A stretch of DNA of 64,000 bases, from NCBI GenBank assembly GCA_026770705.1, contig JANJGN010000039.1:10478001-10542000 (forward strand), given 5' to 3'. Positions 35,901 through 50,660 of this stretch are shown piece after piece (the first letter of the stretch is position 1; each line of letters starts with the position of its first letter). Under the pieces are notes generated by a model that saw nothing but the letters and a program-made list of their open reading frames with translations, was not told the origin of the DNA and made no database searches. Both the position numbers and the translations under genes were made by a program. This DNA is from Isurus oxyrinchus (Eukaryota).

Positions 35901-37063
35901 TACTGTCCTTGAAAGACAAGCAATTCCCTTCTGCCCTTTCCACAACAAAATGATTTGTTCTGCAGCCGTTCAATTAATGGGAACTCTGTCCTGCCTACTC
36001 AGAAGCAAAATGCTAGTTATGTCCTCACGAGAAGCACATCTTCGAATTGCTCATTCACTATGCTTTGCAAGAAATGTGCCCCTATGGCCAATAACTATTG
36101 CTCACTCAATCTGATAGCATGTCACCGGTCCTAGTCTGCCATTATACTGCCCTCTTGATCAGCACTGACTGTACCCATTCTGCATAGCAATGTTGCTTCA
36201 CATTTTCTGCAATGCATTAGCAATGTGTTCATCTGAAATAATCCTGCACAATGCCCAGCCAGCATATCAATCTCACGTTACTCAGCCTGACTTAAGACAC
36301 TGGACTAATCAGCTCTCATCCTCAAATAAAACTTCTCACTGGGAACCTGCTTAAGAATGTCACCTTGTATTGATTCAAATTGTACTGCCACTGTGATGAC
36401 GCTTGTGAAAACTTGCATTTGGCCTCATCTATGCTGGTCTTTTATGTAGCTCAGTGGTCTTATATGTTCCTGTTTTTTTTTTTTACCTTTCCATCTTTGC
36501 TTTCACTTGCATTCACGGTATGTTCGTGTCCCTGGGCAATATTTAATCTTCAAACTGTAAGTCCTGTAGTACAGTAATCCTTCCCAGTGCCTATCGCATC
36601 TCTAGACTGCCCAGCACGAACTGCATGTCTACCTCTTCTGGAGTATAATTTTACTTGGCCCAGATTCTATGTTGTGCATTCCTTTCACATTTCACGTTGC
36701 ACCAACACACATGAATTGAATTTTTACACCACCCATTTTCCTTTTAATATTCACAATGCCAAGCCGTTTGTGTGCAGTCAAATTGTCCGGGTCAAATTCG
36801 CCCTCAGCAATCTTAATCTTAACTGTACAATAGTTGTCCAGTCTACATTGATGATTTTCATTCCAAAAGACGAATTATCATCTAATGTTTCTCTTCCCTA
36901 AGCACTTTCAGTAGGTCCAGTTTACATTTAGAACAACTTCGCCTTGGAAAGCTAACTGTGGCATATTTGGGTCAAATGCACAATCCTTTGCTACAACAGG
37001 AAGAAAATTAATAAAGTTCTTCTGTGTCATCAATCTCCTGCTTTCTCTGTCCTTCTCTTACAG

Positions 37064-37969
37064 TTAATGTGGTTGCGATTGTGATTCTTTCCCGAAGAAA
37101 GTGTGGCCTCTCCAAATGTATTACCCACTATATGATCGCCATGGCCATGGCAGATCTCCTGGTTGTTTGTGCTGAAGTCATACTGAAGAATACACTGGAT
37201 ATTTATTTCGCTGTTTCATTCTTGACCATGAGCATGCTGTGCCAGCTAAATGTGACACTGATTAATGTAGTCACATCAGCGTCTCTCTGGTTAACAGTGA
37301 TGTTCACCTTCGATCGTTTTGTGGTTATATGTTGTAAGAAGCTACGAAAAAAATATTCCACGGAGACAACAGCAGTAGCTGTCATATCAGTGGTGAGCAT
37401 GTTGAGTTTTTTTTATAAATATTCCCTGGTACTTTGCGCTTGAACCTGCAGAAATAATGGACAATGTAAATCGTGGTTGTGTCCTAAAACAGACATTTTT
37501 CATTTCTGATGAATGGGCCGCATTTGCCTTTTTTTCCCTTACCTTGAAACCATGCGTTCCATTCATTCTAATCTTGTTGCTAAATGTTTTGACGGCTAGA
37601 CATATTTTGGCAGCCAGTAACATTCGCAGGGGTCTCCGCTGTTGCAGCAATGGAGAACATCACACGGAGTCTGAAATAGAAAGCCGAAGAAAGTCCATTA
37701 TTTTACTCTTCAGTATAACCGGCTGCTTTATATTGCTCTGGACAACTCCGGTTATATATCTTATCTCTCTGCATGTAACAATTACATCGAATTCTGGCGC
37801 AAATCACCTTGAGTCAGTTGGATTCATGCTAGGGGACCTAAGTTGCTGCACAAATACATTCATTTATGTGCTGACACAGGCTAGGTTTAGGGAGGAGCTG
37901 AGGAGCGGAATGAAGTACCTTGTGAAACTGTGCGTAAAATTATGCAAATCACAGCTGAAAACCCATTGA
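37064..37969 (+). CDS. GPCR (GPR139/142-like) exon 2, with a single +1 frameshift at T8 37407-37414
   Basis: Acceptor ccttctcttacag. Reads VNVVAIVILSRRKCGLSKCIT...AMADLL...FTFDRFVVIC...PFILILLLN...SCCTNTFIY. Removing one T gives a 326-aa 7TM protein with exon 1. Confidence 0.88.
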
Positions 37970-40900
37970 CCTTTACAGGAGGACATAAACATTGTACCCT
38001 GAAACAACTCATGTTAGAATAGCGCTTGTAACAACGTTTAATATCCTAAGAAATTAATATGCTGTTAAGAATTTCCGTTTATAATATAATGTCAAATCGA
38101 ACTCCTTTTCACAGTATACTGTAATCAATGGTGAATTGCAATTGTGTTAATAATAAAAAAAATACTGAACAGCCCCTTTTAGCGTTGCAGAGTTTGACAG
38201 AATGAATTGTGATGCCATGTTCTGACAGCCTTGTGTTCATTGGAACAGTTGTTCTGATCAACAGTACAACACACAAAACATCACCATCTGGATCAGGATA
38301 ACTCGACAAATGTAACATAGAGAAACGCCACAAATTACGTACAACCTACGTTCTTGGCCAAATAGTACATAGAGGGAATTTTCAGAACATGCTTCATGAA
38401 GTCTGGCACCCTCCAAATATCAAACAGTTGCACAATGAGCTGCTTCTCAGATTTCCATTTACCTGACATGATTAAAACAAGGAAGGCCTGGTTATCACGT
38501 GTTTTATGGAACGACGGGCATTGGCACAATTGATCAGTCATTCTCCTGATCCATAGGGCTGAGAGACGGCTCCATATCTAGGATTCAAAACTTTTAAATC
38601 CGATTCCCTCCGATTCAGTTGAAAGCGCAAATTGCTCACACTTGTTCTTTCCACGATTACGGGGGCCGCTTCATCCCGACAAGTGCATTCACAACCCTCT
38701 CTGTTTCATGTTATCCGGTCCTTTCACACACACAGCCACCAAATGGCTGTTATCATAATTCTCGAATGTTTTAATGTTTAACTTGATATCCACTCATCAA
38801 TATAACGAGCGACACTTCAATCAGGTATTTGCACGTTTTCCCATCCAAATAAAGTCTGATCACACATTGCCCTACCATCAACTTCCTGCTATCTATACCT
38901 ACGCAAACTGAATGTGGAAAAAAACGTAATGTAATTCTTCTCGTCGGATATTCGTATCATTTACTTAACTTCAATGCTTTTTTAGCATGCAGTCATGGGC
39001 TACAGCACAGAAACGGACCATTTGGCCCCTCCTTTCCTTATTGTCTCTTTGAAGGAAGTTGCAGACGGCAGGCACTCCTCCGGTTTCTCCCTGTTATGTG
39101 GGTCATTCGCTTTTCTCAGATATTAATTTAAAATCGTCTTGACGATTCCTAATTAACCACCCTACTCACCCGATGAAATGAATGGCTGGAACAACCGCCA
39201 ATTAAAGTGGCATTAAATAGCAAACTACAACTGCTTCTCTTGAATAAATTAACATTAAAGACAAGACGGATACGGTCATGGCATGAGGGGCATAACTGGC
39301 AAGAAAAAACAACTATTGCCAATCTTTAATTGCTCGTACAGCAATGCATAAGTGCTCCGTCTTTTCGAGCAGCTGCAGTGTTTCTGATATCTTTGCCCTG
39401 GATGCTTAGGGCCTGAATTACTAAATGCCCACACCGCTTGCTCAGCTACCACTCTTTTCTAAATGTTTGCTCTGGCCTTTCGGCACGTGCACTTTATAAA
39501 TATTCACCCGGCTGCTCAGCTCCCAGTCCTTTTAGCTCCTGAGGGAACCTGAGTTCCTCAGGGAAGTGTCCGAGTCTCAACGATGTTTAGCTCCATTATC
39601 ACTGCCCTTCACTCCATCTTATGGTCGGAAATGGCGATGATCGCTGATGATTGCGCAATGGTCAGCATAATTCGTGACTCCTGACATAATGAGGTTGTCC
39701 ATCGCCAAATGCAGCATGTTCAGGTTTTGGCTGACAAGTGGCAAAGGACATTCACACCATGCAAGTACCCGGAATGATTAACTCCAAAAGAGAAAATCAA
39801 ACCATCGCCCGTTAACATTCAATGGCATTACCATCGCTGAACGTCGCACTATCAGCATTGCTACGGTTATCATTGACCAGAAACAGAACTGGATTGGCCA
39901 TATACACACAACGTCTACAAATGCGGTTCAGATGCAAGGAATCCTGCGGCGAGTAACACACCTCCTGACACCCCAATTCCTTTCCAACATCTACAAGGCA
40001 AAAGATAGGATTGTGATGGTATACTCTCCACTTGCTTGGATGCGGGCAGGTCCAATAGCAGTCAGGAAGCCTGATAGCATTTGGGACAAATCAGCCGTTA
40101 AACGTTGACTCCTTCGACCACCAACGACCAACAGCAGCAGTTTGTACTATTTGCAAGGTGCAATGAAGGAATTTTCGAAGTTACCTTAGACAGTAGAGTC
40201 CAAACCCACGACCGGAATCATCTAGAAGGATAATGGGCAGCAGGTGCATGGGAATACAACGAACTGGAAGTTATCCTCAAAGCTACTCACCAGCCTGATT
40301 TGAAAATATATCCCTGTTCCTTCCTTGCCGTTGCTTCGAACTCCAGGAACTCCCGCCCTAACAGCACTATGGGTGTAGGGTTAGCAGAGGGACTGCTGCG
40401 TTTCAAGAAGGAAGCTCACCACCACCTTCTCAAGCGTACCTACATCTGGGCAATAAATGCTGCACGAACGATTGACGCCAAAACACCCTTAATGAATAAC
40501 AATAAATTATCGTTGTCCTCTTTAGCTGCACAACTACTAGGCTAACCATTTCTCCATGCTCACAGCTCTGTTCTACTATAGTCAAAGCACTATCGTCCCA
40601 ATACTTCGTCCTTCTTACAATACTATGCTCTAGCAATTCAGCTCCCACACTTGTATAAATATCTGCTCTGAGGTAAGAGCGCCTTTTACTTTTCAATCTG
40701 TGCTTTGATTATCTAGCTCACACTATTTTAACATTGTTATGGAGGAGAAGCCCATTTCTAATCTGTGCTTTGACTATCTAATTCTTGCTCTTTTTAAATC
40801 TCTCCTCTGGCAGCTCAGATCCCGCTATTTTTTACATTTCTTCCCTGGCGCCTCAACTCACCCTCTTTATTAAATTATCATCTGTTCGTGCTCTACTAGC

Positions 40901-41975
40901 CGCTCTCTCTAAATCTCTGCTCTCACTGTTCAGCTGCAGCGCTAAAAAGACTAAATGAACCTGTCCTCACTGCCAAGAGTCTACCCGGCAATTAGAGAAT
41001 GTTGTGTTTAATTATGCATCATCACTGGTTTGTATCAAAATGCCTTAAAATAAGAACATGCTCGAACAAACTAGTTCCGTTTTGATATCATAGCAGAGGA
41101 GGTTAATGGAGAGAATAAATGGCGAAGTCTTTTGTGAGATATTAATTGGCAACTTATCACAGATAAGGCTGCTTAAGAACATTTAGGCTCATTAAAGAGG
41201 AAAGATGCGCGGGTTCGAAGAGGGGGGGGGGGGGTGTTGCTTTCCAATTACAACAAATTTGGTAATGCACAGAAAACCGCAACTGTTTGTTTACGTTTTG
41301 CTTCATTCTGGATGATGGAAGCCAGTGGTGTTCCTCACGAATCCGGGTTTGTTATATTTTTGCTCGATATAAACCGGTTGAATATTGGAAAACAGCACAA
41401 CGTTTCAAAATGTGTTCGTGATGCACACATGGCGTGGGAGGGGGGGGGGGGGGTGGGGGGGCAGGTTTACCAGTGATAATGATATGAATCCGTTGCAATA
41501 GGACATGGAGTGAAGAGCAGAACAGGCAGAGAAATAGCAGATGCAATTTAATGTATTGCATTGTAAAATAATACCATTTGGCAGAAGGCGTAGTGAGGGG
41601 AAGTTGAGACGGAATGTCACTGTCCCAAATAATGTGATAGAATGGAGGGACCAAGGTGCGTGTGCTTCGATGTTAGAGTATGACAGACAGAGCCGTGCCT
41701 CGGGTATGGAAAATTGTGGCGACCGGGCCTGGCACCGCACTTTGAGGGTGGGATATGCACTGCGCTGGGTGACCTGTGAATGCAGGAGACTTCTCCTGTC
41801 TGGGTAAGTTTGAAGGCGTCTGTTTAAGTGACACAAGTGAGCGGCTCTATTCGTATTTATGATTTAATGGGTAGCACGATCAGAGAGAGAGAGAGCATTG
41901 GGGAAATATTGCTTGGGTGCGAAGCAAAGACAGAAAAACAACCAGAGAATGATAAGACCCTCAAATGTTCTCCAG
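37138..41975 (+). repeat. Segmental/tandem duplication copy B
   Basis: Aligns to 1-4825, including the LINE at ~39550-40500. Confidence 0.9.
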
Positions 41976-42099
41976 AAATCTAGAAACATTTTAGAAGTCA
42001 TTCGACAAATCTGCAAAATATTGAATTAATGCACTCCAGCGAGTGTACCACCAAGGCTGAGGAAGTGCGCATTAGTGCAAACTGTGCATAGTCTGATGA

Positions 42100-43560
42100 A
42101 ATAGAGAATTCTTCCGGCGCGCTTTCCACTGAAGAAGTAATATATGTTTCAGCGAATTGGCCAGAATTATTCACCAAGAAGACGATAGACATTCCAGTGA
42201 GGAGTGGAACTGTGAAAATATTGGGCAGTGCCGGTGTCTTTCCAAACAATGATTAGATTGAAACTTTTCAGTAGATTTAAGCTCGCGGAACTGCAAAACG
42301 GAGAAAGGGTTGAAACAAATTGCCTAGTGAACTCAAAAAAACCGTTGATGTGTCTTTTTGATTGTGCTGCAAATTGTACGGCTCAGAAACCGCACGGAAA
42401 ATATGAAAGGAATGCTGCAGTGCCCGGAAATATCTCAATGACAGATTGCAATTTTATCGAGCTGTCTAAGGAGCATATTCAAAACGCAACACAATGGATT
42501 GAAACAAAGTGAATGTTCCCAGAAATGAAGGCACTGGATGAGAAAGCAAATTGATAAATAAACAAGGTGAAGAAAATGACAATCAACGTTGACAGGCATT
42601 ATAGCAGCCGTTCAGCTGCAGTTGATCATAACTCAGAATTTATTTGAACATATGCAAGACTAGATGAGCACAACAATGTCTCCTTTCTGGGATTAATTGA
42701 CATTTGAGCTAAATACGACCCTACGTTTCATGGATATGTCCCATGCATCAAAAACTAATACACTCTTGACCATATTCTTGGACTTTGTATTCAAAATGAA
42801 CTATTTTGGACGATGACTTCGAAGGTGAAGAAAATAAAAGTTATTGTAAAGGTGAAGGCGTCAATAAATCTTGCGTTTATTCTTGTCTGTACCGCTCGAC
42901 TGAGTAAGGAAGATCAGATATTCCTTGAGCTTCGTTAGCTTGATCTGAATTCTGAAGATATGAATCGAAGGGAGGATTTAACTCATTTTGTGCTGATTCA
43001 AGACAAAACTTGGCAAGGCCTGTCTGATTCTCTCCATGATGCGCCAGATGGGCTTGGCCTTTGGATCACTGACTGTAAGAGGCAGGGGCACAACAGTCGG
43101 GTAAACATTAAGGATAAAAAAAACAAGACGTACAATCGTGCCCCCTTCATCACAACCGTCGAGGGTTTTGAACTCCACGAGGCTGCCACAACTTATATCT
43201 GGTACTGGATATGGTAAAGTGCAGTTCTAAAACAGTGATACTGTTTTGGAGTTGTGCTGCAAATTTACAGAATTATTTCGGTTTGAAATAACAGATGGCA
43301 TATATTGAGAGCGGATGCTTCCTGTATAACGTTCAAGTCGTTGTCAGACTGTTGGTGGAATCTCTAGTCTAGAATGGAAATGCAATCTGTTACCAGACAG
43401 CTGATATCAGGAAGGCATTGATTACAGTTACTGAAGAATGTGACAACCCAACTGTTAAAATTGAGTCTTAGTCCTCGATCAATGATGAAGTCGAAGCTTT
43501 CGAATTTCGCTTTGCAATGGTTGAATGGCACGACAGCATATTCGTCACAAGCAGCGTGAC
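42100..43560 (+). mobile_element. hAT-superfamily DNA transposase fossil (ZMYM1-like type)
   Basis: Degenerate KL.NGE...CLVNSK (TTF zinc-finger region), LGLWITDCKRQGHNSRVNIK (~CRGQGYDNGANMKG), and GCHNLYLVLDMVKCS..FGVVLQIY..RWHIL. Confidence 0.75.
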
Positions 43561-43569
43561 CCACAATAT

Positions 43570-45050
43570 TCAATCCTTCGAAATGCAGCTTCATGTGGCT
43601 TTAGCATTTCGAAGGGTTTGGCGAAAATGAAAAGCAGGCTGGGTAGCACTCTTAATAACGGAAGATATTAATGGTAATAGCGGATCTTTCAACAAACGAT
43701 AATGGGCCAATTTGTGAAGAGCTGGGAATGACAAGGGGATCTGATATTGGTGGGAGTTGTTTATAGGCCACCATACAACGGTGCTAATTTGTTGCACAGT
43801 ATAAATCATGACTTTGGAGCTGAATGTAACATGCTTAAAGCAGGAAAATAAGAAACGTCGATTTGCAAAAAGACTGTGCTTAACCAAATCAGCACTAATA
43901 GCCTGGAAGAGGAATTAATTGAATATATACGAGATTGGTTTCAGAACCAGTACGTTCAAGAGCCAACTAATGATCGAGCTAGTCAGGATTTAGTGCTATG
44001 CCAAGCAAAAGACTCAATGGATTTCCATGCTTTCAAGGAGCCTTTGGGAAATAGTGATGACAATGTGATATAGTTTCGCAATATGTATGACAGCGATATG
44101 CTGAATTCCAAAACTCGGTTCTTAAATCTGAAGAAAGGAAATTATGAATGTCAGAGAGCCAAGTTGGCTATAATGGTTTGCAAAAGATAGGAAAATGTTT
44201 CTCAGTGGACAGGCAATAGCGAGTATTTAAGGAAATAATGCAGTGTCTACATCAGACACGAATTCACGAAAGCTCAAGTACACACAGGGAAAGAAAACTC
44301 AAGCGTTGTTACCAAATGAAATTAAATATTGCATTACATGAAGTGGAATGATTTATCGTGGCACATGGGAAAAAGTGGTAAATCTGAGTTTTAGGTGAAA
44401 TTTAAATCCCAACGAATAAGGACCAAGTAACTGATTTAGAAATGGGAAGGGTATGGAATGTTATCCGGCGAGGAACTTAAAGAGCAAATCTCTGCACTGT
44501 ACATGTGGGTACGGGAATATTTAATGTGGAGAATACAGACACAGCATATCAATGAAACAGCAGCTTTTCACCTGTCATCACGGAGAAACATACAGAATAT
44601 TTCCAAGATAAGCTAATCAACCAAGCGACTTGTAAGACAGGGGAGCGAAAAGAAATAAATAGTTTCAGTTGAAAACGTAGTACTTGAAATGTGAACTGGA
44701 TTGAATGTTAAATAAGTCGCTGGACTAGAATTGCTACATCCCAAGAGTTCTGACGTAGGACGAGAAGTAGAAGAAGAAAGAAAGTACTGATGTATTGGTT
44801 GTTATTCTTCAGAATTCTTTAGATTCTGGAATGTCTCCAGCAGATTGCAAAGTATCAGACGTTACATCACTATTAAGAATGCAATAAACGGGACGAGGGA
44901 GAACTGCAGACATGTCAGTTCGACATAAATGGTATGGAAAATGTCATAATCTATTAGTACGGATGCGGGAACTGTGTATTTAGTAAAAATGGTTACATTG
45001 TGCATTGTTAGGAAGGGTATATGAAAGGGGAATCGTGTTAGACTGACAAT
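43570..45050 (+). mobile_element. CR1 LINE ORF2 fragment (endonuclease to RT)
   Basis: QNQYVQEPTNDRASQDLVLC...KEPLGNSDDNVI. Confidence 0.75.
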
Positions 45051-45059
45051 TAAACAACT

Positions 45060-46780
45060 CACTGCATAAGCAGGCTCTACAAATATCCACACCTCCAATG
45101 CTGCGAGGGCCCAGCAAATCATTGGAAAATTTAAAGCTGAAGCATTCGCAAAGATCTTCCTCTAGATGTGCCGAGTGGATGACCCATCTTGGCCTCCTCA
45201 GTAGGTTCCCAACATCACAGCTGATAGACGTCAGCCAAGTGTCTTCACTCTCCGTGGTATAAGGAACCGGCTGATCCTCTGGATACTGCAACATGAGGGG
45301 CACCAAAAATATTCCGACAATTGTACTGAAGGCTTGTAAACTCGATAGTGCCCCCTTCTATACCCTTGCTGCTCCAGTACAGATTCAACACTGGCATCTA
45401 CCCAAATATGTGCAAAATTGCCTAGGGACGTGATACACAAAAAACGCAGCACAAACCCAAGCCGTTCATTAACAGTCACATCAGCCCACATTTCAACATC
45501 GGGAAGGTAATGGAAGGTTTGATCAATCGGCATCTGATCAACAGTACTCTGCTCACTGAGGCTCTGTTTGTATTCCAAAGGTTTCAGTCTGTTTCCAATA
45601 GCATCATAGCTAAGGTCCATTCATGGGGATAAGAGGGGAACTCCAGATGTGACCTGGCAGTGACTGCACTTACTATCAAGGCAGTATGTCATCCGGTGTG
45701 GCATCAAGGCCCCCTCAAATAAGTGGAAACAATGCGAATCAAAGGGAACACTCACTGTTGGATGGAGTCATATCTGGCACAAATCAATATTGTACTGTTA
45801 GTTGCAGGTCATTCATCTCAGTTCAAGCATGTCACTGCAGGTGAAGCTCAGGAGTGTGCCTAGTCCTCAGCACCTTCAGCTGCTTCATCTATCACCTTTC
45901 TTCCACAATAGGCTCAGAAGTGGCGATGCTTGATGAAGTTTGCTCAATGGACAGAACATATGCATCTTCTCACATACTGAGCCGTCCATGGCCAAATAGA
46001 GGAATGTCTGGACATTGTCCAGCCTTGGGGAGAGAAGTGTCAAGTAAGGTTCACGCGACGTAAGTGCTAAGCAATGTTTATCATCAAAAAATAATCTAAA
46101 CATCGTCCCCTGACATTCACTTATATAATGATTTTAGAAACCCCCGCTATCATCATCCTAGGAACAACCGTTGACAAGTAACTGTACTGGCCTAACGATA
46201 CAAATATTGTGGCTACAAGAGCAGGCCAGACGCTAGGAAATCTGTGGCGAGTAACTCACGACCTGACTCCCCCAATGCTTGGCCACCATCTACAATGCAC
46301 AGCTCATGAGATCCCGGAGGAATGCTGCTCCAACAGCAATCAGGAACCCCAAAACATCCACCACAAAGCCTGATTGGCAACCTTCAATAAGCGTGCACAC
46401 CCTGCACTACCGACAAAGAGAGACAGCAGTGCACACCAGCTACAATATTTTCCTCAGTAGCAGACCGCTCTATCTTAGACAGTAAATCCCAAATCCAGAA
46501 CAGTTGCCATCTAGAATGACAAGAACAGCAGGCACATGGGAACACCAGCACTTGCAAGTTTTCCTCCCCGTCACTCACTGTCCTGGCTTGGGACTCTCAC
46601 CTTTCCCTCATTATCGCTGGGTGAGACCATGGAGCTACCTCCCTAACTGAACTGTGGTTTTATCTGCACCACATGTAGAGCCATGGCTCAAGAATGTAGC
46701 TCCCCAGCAGCTACTCAAGGGTAATTAGGACGGGCAGTAAATGGCTGCATACGCAGCGATGCCAAAATCCCGTAAAATAA
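45060..46780 (+). mobile_element. CR1/L2-group LINE RT fragment with tail
   Basis: tatcaaggcagtatgtcatccggtgtggcatcaagg (IKA..RVWHQG) and the shared 3' tail. Confidence 0.75.
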
Positions 46781-48049
46781 TAATAAATATATAGCATGTA
46801 AATGAGGTGCGTATTTTTTCCTACTTTTCGTCATTATGTGGCATTCTGGTAGTGAACCATGAAGGAAATGTCATGGAATTTATTCAACGTAGAGATAGAA
46901 AGATTTTTGGTAGAGCAATACGTTATGGGTTATGGACCATGTCGGAAGTTGGAGTACAGAGAGTTGGCAGGTCAGTTATGCCCTTAATGAAGAGTGGAGC
47001 AGGATAGAAGCGACCTACTCCAGCCGCTAAGCGCTATATTCAAATCTTAATTTTTCCCTAATTAAAAACAATATATATATACTCCTGTACTCTAATCCAC
47101 TTACAAATAATGTCAACGTGTCATCTGCCCTCTTAATTGATTTCTTTACACGCAAGCCTTCACGTTTCACACTTTTTAAATATTATGCTCTGCTTTCATT
47201 GTACTAGGGGGGAAGTCAATGATTTCACACCTCGACACATGACACTTCATCTAACATCATATGGACAGCAAAATTCATCATTCGATATCTCTCTGCAACC
47301 TTTTTGTTCTCCCCCTCAGCTTACCTTTCTCCAAAGGTCTATATAATCAACAAAGGTAGATGAATAATTGTTTTGTCTCTACTCTCGAGTCATTATATTG
47401 ATTTTAAGAGCCATTCAGCCTTTTACACAGGAACAGGACAAGGTCATTCTGAACGTCGGGTATTTTGAATTGAAATGTAATAGGTATAGAATGCCTCGAG
47501 CCAGTTTCACAGAAAATGAAGAAGTCTATTCAGTCCTTCCTGTGCTTGTTACAGACGAGCAGGAGGAGGCATTCAGCCTCTGTCGATCCTCTTACACAGG
47601 GAAAGGGGGGAACACAATTCATTCCATTTTCGACCCTGTCAGACAGGAGCAGGGGGATGTCATTTGGTACCCACAGCCTGTTGCCGTGGAACAGTGGGAA
47701 ATGAATCTTTGGGAGCAATAAGCACGTCGTTGGAATGTTCAATCCAGGCCTTAATGGATTACACAAGTTTGGAAAATTATGCTTCTCTTGTAGAATTGCA
47801 TATGTTGCAAGATATCGATGTTAATGTTTTTTTTGTTATTGGTAGTTTTTCATGACATGACAGTAACTAAGTGGAAGCTGTGTCGGGTGTCGCTGACACA
47901 TACAACCATGAGGAATGGGTGATCCATGGTGGTGGAGTAAAGTTGTCAGAAGATAACAGGGGTTTCAGCACGCACATATATATATATAGAGAGAGAGAGA
48001 GACAGTGATATGTATACTTAGCAGCACATATTGGAAACAACAGGTTATA

Positions 48050-49560
48050 TTAGATTTGTTTTTTGTTTGCATTTTCAAAGTTTCAGTTAATGGCTTCAGA
48101 GTTAAGGCACACCTAGGTAGCAGCGAGCACAATATGATTGAAATTCACCTCCAGATTCGAATGGAGAAGAGTCTGTCTAAGACTGGTACTTAAGCTTCAA
48201 TATGGACAAATAAGTTTGAATGCTGAGCGAGCTGAATTGAACGGTGATATTAGGCTAGTGGATAGATCAAAGGGGAAGCACTGGCTGACAGTTACTGAGG
48301 CATTTCTGAATACTCAGAATAAGTATATCCCTGCTGTGCAGGACGAATCTTAAGGGAGGACCCACCATCCACGGATAACTAAAAAAGTTAGGGAAAGCAT
48401 CCAGCTGATGGAAAACGCAATAGACCGTGCAAAGTTTGCTGCCTGGTCAGATGATTGGCCAGAAAAAAAGGAACATCAAGGAATGCCTAATTGGTTATCA
48501 GAAATAAGAAATTAGAGTATTAGGGGAGTTAGAAATGTAAAACGGATAAAAACACTTTCAACAGACATTTCCGAAAAGAGTAATTGAAGCTCCCATTCTG
48601 AGTTAAAAAAGGGAGTTAATATTAGGTAATAAGGAAATGACGGATGAAATGCAGGCATATTTTATTTCTGTATTCAGCACACAAGTAACACAGGTGTTCC
48701 AATAACAGCTATAAAGCAGGAGAGGAAAGGGAAACCGAAACTTAGTGAAATTGCAATCACTCGGAAAGAGGTCGTGAACACACTTTTGGAGCTGCAGGCA
48801 GACACATCTCAGGGTCCGCAGGAACATCATCCTCGGATCATAAAAGAGGTGACTAATGAGGTAGTGAGTGTATTATTGTTAAATTTCCCATATTGCCTAG
48901 TTTCTGGAAACGTTTCATTCCACTGGGAGCACGACATTAACATCACTATTCAGGAAGGCAGGGGTATGGAAAACAGGAAATCTGGAATATTATGTCTCGT
49001 TTTGAATTCCATTGATATGGGAGGATGTGTTTGCATGAAGGCGCTTCAGAGAAGGCTCAGTAGGTTGTCTCCTGGAATGAATGGGATGTCTTGTGAGGAA
49101 AGGTTAGGAAGATGGGACTTGACTGCACAGCATTTTAGAGGAGGGCAGGGTGAAATAATTGAAGTGTATGCGTACCTGAAAGCTTTTGACAAGGCGCTGG
49201 GAAACCATATTACATGTTTTGGGTGAGCCCTGCATTTGGAGACATTTATTTTAAAAAAAGGTTTGCCCTTTTAGGACAGAGTTGATCAGTTTGTGTTATT
49301 TTGTTGTTTGTTTCTCCTCGAGGTTTACAAAACTTTGGAACTCTCTGACTTAGAAAGCGGTGGAGGTTCGATCACTGAATATTGTTAAGATAGGGGTCAA
49401 TATAGGGGTCAAAGAAATTGAATCAAAGGTAATGGTGTTGGTTGGGATTTTGGAACTCGAATATAAAAGATTATCCAAGGACTTAATGAAAGTTGGAGAA
49501 GGCTCGATGGGCGAAATAGCCTACGTCTGCTCATACTTTCCGTGTTCATATGTTCTTAAT
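48050..49560 (+). mobile_element. CR1 LINE fragments (internally deleted)
   Basis: LGSSEHNMIE; SQGPQEHHPRIIKEV; LQRRLSRLSPGMNGMSCEERL. Confidence 0.75.
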
Positions 49561-50660
49561 CGTGCCCGCATGGTCGAATTTGATAAATTTAATGTTTATG
49601 TTATTGTTAAGTTGTTTCCAGAGCGAATGAGGTCAGTGAGCACAAGGGAGATTGAGGAATGAGGTTTCGTGAGATTTCGGATATAGGCAGCAGATCTTAA
49701 GATGAGTTTTGACCATACAGATTCGTAACTGGGTGTTACGAGGAAAATAATTAGAAATGTTGAGCCTTGATTTCCCAAAAGGACAGTTGAGGCCGTGAGC
49801 AGCAGATGATCGGGAGTAGATGTTCTGATATAATGTTGGGGATCGAGAGAAAAGCACTGGGTGAATCTGATGATATGGAGGCGCATGTCAATCAAGGTCA
49901 TGTAGCTGGCAGAGGTTCTGACCTGTCTGATTCAGCATCAGATATTGGCCAGACACTGGTTCAGGAACCGTTACTGCTTAGAAATGAGGATATGCTCGCC
50001 ATCTTCCCAAACTTCAGCATCATGTACTGTAAGGCAATGAATCATGGCTTTTAAGACATAGCATCTGGATATAATGAATTAACGGGAAGTGCGCCAAAGC
50101 AATGGTGGGAAAGCGAGCTAACGAGATCATCAGTAAGTTTAGAATGAGTTGTCGAGTTAATAACTGAACGCAGAGTTTCAGAAAAAAAATACAAAACAGG
50201 GCAGATTAAATGGCTACAAGAGTAACAGCGTCTAACATCGTCCATACAATTACTCACTGAGCAGAGTTTCTTATTGGGCCACAAAGAATAGCCACGATAA
50301 CTGAGACATGTAACTAAAAACTAGTCCGAAATGGATCCATTCAGCTTAGTTATCGACTAATCATCTGCAGAAATAACGTTAAATATGTAAGATAATCCGC
50401 TGTCCCTTGTTTGAACATTCAACTCTATTCCCAGATCGACTGCATTGTGGTAACATTCAAACCAATTGATCTCAGATTCGAATGTATTGTTGCAACATTT
50501 CATACTGTTGTTCTCAAATTCAAATACATTGTTGGAACTTCCTAATCTATTGTTCTCAGATTCAGATCTGTGCGGGCAAACTGGGTAACTGTTGCTAGAA
50601 AATGGAAATCCAACGGCAAAGTGGAATCTCTGACTCCTGTGGAATGCAGCGGCAGGCCTG

